Assembly (NCBI GenBank): GCA_951406725.2
Contig: OX597824.1
Span: forward strand, 19,344,001 to 19,408,000
Length of the DNA stretch: 64,000 bases
Origin: Octopus vulgaris
Taxonomy: Eukaryota
Direction: 5' to 3'
The notes under the pieces were generated by a model that worked only from the letters and a program-made list of their open reading frames with translations, ran no database searches and was not told the DNA's origin. The translations under genes were made by a program, and so were the position numbers. Below, in pieces: positions 58,457-64,000 of the stretch; the stretch's first letter is position 1; every line of letters starts with the position of its first letter.

Positions 58457-59072
58457 AATACATACATACATACATACATACATACATAAATACATACATA
58501 CATACATACATACATATAAATACATAAATACATACATTCATAAATACATACATACACATACACAGACGAAGAGACACAGGCAAACATGCACGGATATAGG
58601 CAATAACAAAAACATATGCACACATACACTCACACACACACACACTCACACACACACTCACACACACACACGTATACAGTGACCGACAAGCACTCACAGA
58701 CAAACAGCATACTCGCGCGCACACATTGACTGACCGGCAGACACATAAACACATACATATAAACATGCAGAATGACCAGTGGACACACACACAAACACAC
58801 ATACACACACATACACACACACACACGTACACACACACACAATGACCGACAAGCACTCACAGACAGACATTAACACATTCGCGCACACACATTGACTGAC
58901 CGACAGACACATACACACATACACGCGCACACACGTACATAAACATTCACAGTGACCAGTGGACACGCACACAAATACACACACACACACACACACACAG
59001 ACACGCACACACAGACACACACACACACACACACACAGTGACCGACAGACACACATACACACGCACGCACAC
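57925..59072. repeat. CA-rich composite repeat with recurring cagtggacac and gattgactga landmarks
   Basis: Directly visible. Confidence 0.85.
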
Positions 59073-59420
59073 CCGCTTCTCCAGTAGTTAATGAAGTCCC
59101 AGACTGTAGTAGTGTCCGGCATTGTCCAGCAGTGTCCAGCTGATGGACATGTATAGGTTAAACAGGCCGTTAAATACGGAATTCAACAAAGCTATATTGT
59201 ACAGGGAGGGGGAAGGGCAGTTAATTAGTGTGATGATGGGGGTGTGGGGGGATAATATGCTTGTAATGGCGGTGGCAGTGGTGGCCAAAGTGGTCTTGGT
59301 GGTGGTGATGGTGGTAGCGGCGGTCATCGTCGTGATATGGTGGTGATAATGGTGATGATGATGAGGTGATTTTGGCGAACTTAATACACACACTCACTCT
59401 TACATATACATATACATATA

Positions 59421-59811
59421 TATATATATATGAAGCTGAAGTTGTCTGTGTGTGGCAAGTTTGGTAGCCTTCAACTAACACTATCTCCTCCGAGACCCTG
59501 CGGCGCAAGTTGACCAAAATTGAGAGTATGATAGAAGAAGGCTTGCTCTCCCTTCCGTAGAAGAAAAAATTCAAATCGGACCATGTTAACATCAAAAATT
59601 ATTTACATCAAAAAGGTGATTTTTTTCTAAGAGAATCCCTATTTTTTAACGATTTTTTTACTGCTGTGTCACCATTTTTTAGTGTATTTCAACCAGAAAA
59701 ATGTTCACTTAAAGAGAATAACAAGCTACATAATGCTAAATGTTTACTTTTTAAAAATTCCAATTCTAAAGGGTCGAAACAAACCCGAGCAACGCCGGGC
59801 GATACTGGTAG
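59421..59811 (+). mobile_element. Non-autonomous Helitron (second copy)
   Basis: Collinear with 25191-25686 but without the internal duplication. Hairpin cccgagcaacgccggg and GTAG|T end. Confidence 0.82.
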
Positions 59812-59914
59812 TATATAATAGAAATAGGAAAAACAAAAAAAGTCGACCGGGCGTGCACAATGAATATATTATATTGACGCTCAGTGAAAGTTTTAGATAG
59901 GAAAAAAGGCGTGG

Positions 59915-59949
59915 AAACGACGTTTCGAGCATGGCTCTTCGTCAGAATG
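59915..59949 (-). ncRNA. Minimal hammerhead-like motif (core intact, stem I degraded)
   Basis: CTGACGA-A-GAGC(CAT)GCTC-GAAAC-GTC. Confidence 0.45.
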
Positions 59950-60479
59950 AGGGAAAAGTCCCGAGGAGAAGAAAAGGAAGAAGTAGATAGTGTGAGAAAA
60001 GCTGAAAAATGACTGACCGGAAGCTGGAGAGGTGTGGAATGTAGTTTCTGAAGGCAGGAGAAGGCAAAAATGACCAGTCTGTGTGTGAGTGTATGTGTGA
60101 GATGGATAGAGGGAGAGACGGACAGACAGACAGAGACAGACAGAGACATACAGACAGGGGGATACTTGTGTATATGGAGTGTGTATGTGTGTATGTTTGT
60201 TTTGTGTCTGAGCAGGTACTTAAAATATATGCCACTAGACTAGCCATTATCTATGATCAAAAGCGTTCCAGACTTGACGATTCCATCTGGTTTTCAGGTG
60301 TAGTCTTCCTCGGAGTATATTATTGAATGTATCATTTGTTAAGACTGTAAGTCGTTGTCGTGGAAGGTGGTGGGATGAATTTCACATCATTGCCTTCGTT
60401 TCACTGTTATTTCTAGCAACAGAGTGACCTCTTAGTGGTTCTATTCTGTGGATGACCGAAATGTTTCGGAGAGAGACAC

Positions 60480-61174
60480 AAATGGTTGTTGTTGTTGTTG
60501 TTGTTACTGTTAGCGATACTGCTATGCTATGGCTGTTGTTAGTGATGGTGGTGGTGGTGGTGGTGGTGGTGGTCATGATGACGACATGGATGGTCGGCGG
60601 TGACGAGGAAGCGGATGGGTAGAGGGGAGAGGAAAGCGGTGGTGATGATGGTGGTAGTGGTGGCAATAGTTAAGATGATGGTGGCGGTGATGGTAGTGGT
60701 GATGGTGGTAATGGTAGTAGTGATGGTAGTAGTGGAGGTAGTGGAGGTGATAGTGGTAGTTGTGGTGGTGGAGGTGGAGGCGGTGATTGTGGTGGTGGTG
60801 GTGGCTGTGGTGATTGTTTAGGTGTTGGTGGCTGTGGCGGTGGTGGTAGCGGTGGTAGTGCTGATGGTTGTGGTAGAGGTGATGGTAATAGTAGTAGTGG
60901 TAGTAGTGGTGGTGGTAGTGGTGCTGATGCTGCTGCTGTGGATGGTGGAAGTGAAGGTGACGATGATGGCGGTGGTAATGTTGTTGTTGGTAGTGGTGAT
61001 GGTGATGATGGTGGTGGAGGTGGTGGTGATGGTAACGGTGGCGGTGATAGTGTTGCTGCTGCTGCTGCTGCTGTGGATGGTGGTGATGGTGATGGCGGCG
61101 GTAATGTTGTTGTTGTGGTGGTGGTTATGGAGGCGATAGTGGTGATGAAGGTAGTAGTAGTAGTATGTAGCAGT

Positions 61175-61255
<81 letters not shown>

Positions 61256-62697
61256 GGTGGTGGTGGTGGTGGTGGTAATTGTGGCGATTGTGTGGTGCTT
61301 CTTGATGCTCAGGTTCTTCTCCTCCTCCTCTTTTTACTTCACCTTCTTCTTCTTCTCATTCTTCTCCTTCTTCTCCTTCTTCTTCTCCTTCTCCTCCTCC
61401 TTCATCATCTTCTTCTTCTTCTTCTTCTCCTTCTTCTTCTCCTTCTGCTTCTTCTTCTTTTCTTCTTCTTCTTCTTCTTCTTCTTCTCCTTCTCCTCCTC
61501 CTTCTTCTTCTCCTTTTTCTTCTTCTTCTTCTTCTCCTTCTCCTCCTCCTCTTCTTATTATTATTCTTCTCCTTCTCCTTCTCCTCCTCCTTCATCTTCT
61601 TCTTCTCCTTCATCTTCTTCTCCTTCTTCTTCTCCTTCTTCTTCTTCTCCTTCTTCTCCTTCTGCTTCTTCTTCTTTTCCTTCTTCTTCTTCTTCTTCTT
61701 CTCCTTCTCCTCCTCCTTCTTCTTCTTCTTCTTCTTCTCCTTCTTCTTCTCCTTCTCCTCCTTCTTCTTCTTCTTCTTCTTCTTCTTCTTCTTCTTCTTT
61801 TTCTTCTTCTTTTTCTTCTTCTTTTTCTTCTTCTTTTTCTTCTTCGTCTTTTTCTTCTTCGTCTTTTTCTTCTTCTTCTTTTTCTTCTTCTTCTTCTTCT
61901 TCATTTTTTTCTTCTTTTTCTTCTTCTTCTTCCTCTCCCTTTTCTTCTTCTTTATAGAATCACGGTAGTTCGTTACCGTTGCTAATGATATTGCTGTTGT
62001 CATTGATGTTCACGTTGCTAACGATGTTCAAACGCCGTCGCCGGCATATTGTTGCTGTTGGTGTTGCTATTGTTGATAACGATTTCGCCATCGCCGCCGC
62101 CGCCGCCATCATCGTTATTGCTATTGTGGTTGTTGTTGTCGCTGTTGCTATGGCTAATGATGTTGTCATCGTTATTAACGCGTCGTCGTCGTCGTTTTTT
62201 GTTGCTATTGTTGCTAATGATATTGTTCATGTCACCGGTGTTGACGCATTTTTTTGTTTTGTTCTGTTTTGTTTGAGTGGTTTTTTTTCCGCTGTTTCTT
62301 CTTTTTTTGTTTGTTTTTTTTATCGTGTTTTTACTCATGTCATTGTTGCAGCAGCAGTTGTTGTTGTTGTTGTTGCTATTGTTGTTGTTGCTAATGATGT
62401 CGTGACGTCATCATTAATGGTTTCAGTGTTTCGTGGGTATTATTGTTCTTTCATTTTGTCGTTGATGACGACGACATGGGCGGACGGTGGCGACGAGGAA
62501 GCGGATGGGAGCGAGGGAGGGAGGGGAGGTGGAAGGGCGGTGGCGATGATGGAGTGGTGGTGGCGGTGATGATGATGGTGGTGGCGGTGGTGGTGGTTAC
62601 GGAGGTGATAGCGGTGATGGAGTAGTAGTAGTAGTAGAGATGGTGGTTCTTGATGACGACATCGACGACGACGTGGTGGTGGTGGTGGTGGTGGTGG

Positions 62698-62728
<31 letters not shown>

Positions 62729-62825
62729 GCTGGTGCTGGTAGTGGTGACGATGGAGGTGGTGGCGGTGATGGTGATTGTGGTGGTAGTTATGGAGGTGAT
62801 AGCGGTGATGGAGGTAGTAGTAGTC

Positions 62826-62874
<49 letters not shown>

Positions 62875-63043
62875 AGGTGGTGGTTCTTGATGACGACATC
62901 GACGACGACGTGGTGGTGGTGGTGGTGGTGGTGGTGGTAATGGTGTCGATGGTGTGGTGGCGACGATGACGATGATCATGATCATGGATGGTGGTGATGA
63001 TGATAGAAGTAGCTTTCTAGCTGCAAGGCAAATAATAATAATG

Positions 63044-63103
<60 letters not shown>

Positions 63104-63205
63104 GTAATAACAAACAACAACAACAAAGAAATAGCAAGGAAATGTATCGTAAGAGGAGACGTTTTAAAACAACAGCAGCAGCAGCAACAACAACAACAGC
63201 AACAA
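60480..63205. repeat. Trinucleotide low-complexity field: (GGT/GAT/GTA)n, (CTT/CCT)n at 61312-61953, (GTT)n, (AAT)n
   Basis: Directly visible. Confidence 0.95.
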
Positions 63206-63579
63206 CTGTGTAAGGAGAGATTATAAAACAGTGAGTAAGAGGAAAGTGGTGGTGGTGGTGGTGCAGTTGGCGTAATGGCGGGTGTAAGGGTCATTGTGAT
63301 AGGGGTGGATCCTATTAACAGAATGGTTTGGACAGTCAGGCTTAAAGAGCAGCGAGTGGACGTAGGAACTGGACAAACAATCAAGTTAGGAAGAGTAAAT
63401 GTGTGAATACAAGATGGAGGAGATGGAGAAGAAGAGAGAGAGAGCGAGATAAAGGCGGAGGGTGTTGGACGGGGGTAGAGGTGAAAGGCGGTGATGAGAA
63501 AAGAGGTGGAGGGATCGTGAGGGTCGTGGGTGGAATGACGGCCTAATGAATTTAGTTGCTGTAATGAATGGTCACTCAC

Positions 63580-63637
63580 CGTTAACTGCTGCCGCCACGG
63601 TCGTCGCAATGGCCGCTGTGTCCGCCTCGTCCGCCAT
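63580..63637 (-). CDS. Candidate host-gene coding exon MADEADTAAIATTVAAAVN(G), possibly extending to 63691
   Basis: GC/CpG-rich non-repetitive patch with AAATGGCG start context and a consensus donor CG|GTGAGT at 63580/63579. A possible acceptor cctcctgtag| at 63691 keeps the same frame open (KTRWRKHQHRHRQQQQRQ). No homology recognised. Confidence 0.35.
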
Positions 63638-64000
63638 TTGCCGCTGCTGTTGCTGTCGATGTCGATGTTGATGTTTCCGCCATCTTGTTTTCTACAGGAG
63701 GTGTTGGCTTAATCACAATAACAATAACAACAGACTGACGGGCCAGACGGACGGACGGACGGACGGACGGACGGCCAGACGGACAGATGGATCAAAACAA
63801 CAAATGGCCAATAAAAAATATTACTAAGAACCTAACAAAAATTACGGCGGCGGCGGGGATGAAAAAACTACAAACAAAAAATAGTAAAACAAAGAAACAA
63901 CAGTAAAAAAAAAAAGGGAAAAAGAGATGAAATGACCAAAACAAAGCAGTCTGTAGTGGTGTGAGTGTGGGTGTGTGGGTGTGGAGGTGGCGGTAGGGGG

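Overview
Eukaryotic, AT-rich, repeat-dominated DNA, almost certainly from a coleoid cephalopod (Octopus-like). That call rests on recalled octopus tRNA-derived SINE families, a mollusc-type 5S sequence and extreme microsatellite density. No complete protein-coding gene is supported: nearly every ORF in the track is a translated microsatellite or SINE. The window contains dozens of SINE copies from about 4 families (A-D here, several with exact target-site duplications), two deleted mariner elements, a maT/Tc1 fragment, two non-autonomous Helitrons, CR1, RTE, Tx1/L1 and RLE-type LINE fragments, several MITEs and foldbacks, a solo 5S rRNA copy, a 30-bp minisatellite and a (GT)n-linked satellite. 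One candidate minus-strand host exon lies near 63.6 kb, so much of the window may be one long intron. The most notable signals are: (1) a 344-bp palindrome carrying two type I hammerhead ribozymes in opposite orientation, plus further minimal hammerhead motifs; (2) a Tx1/L1-like family apparently inserting into (GATA)n; (3) a ~555-bp non-coding element sitting in (AAT)n; (4) self-concatenating and domain-shuffled SINEs; (5) closely spaced inverted SINE pairs that are likely ADAR substrates. I found no convincing evidence for a wholly new multi-gene system. All alignments and folds were done by eye.
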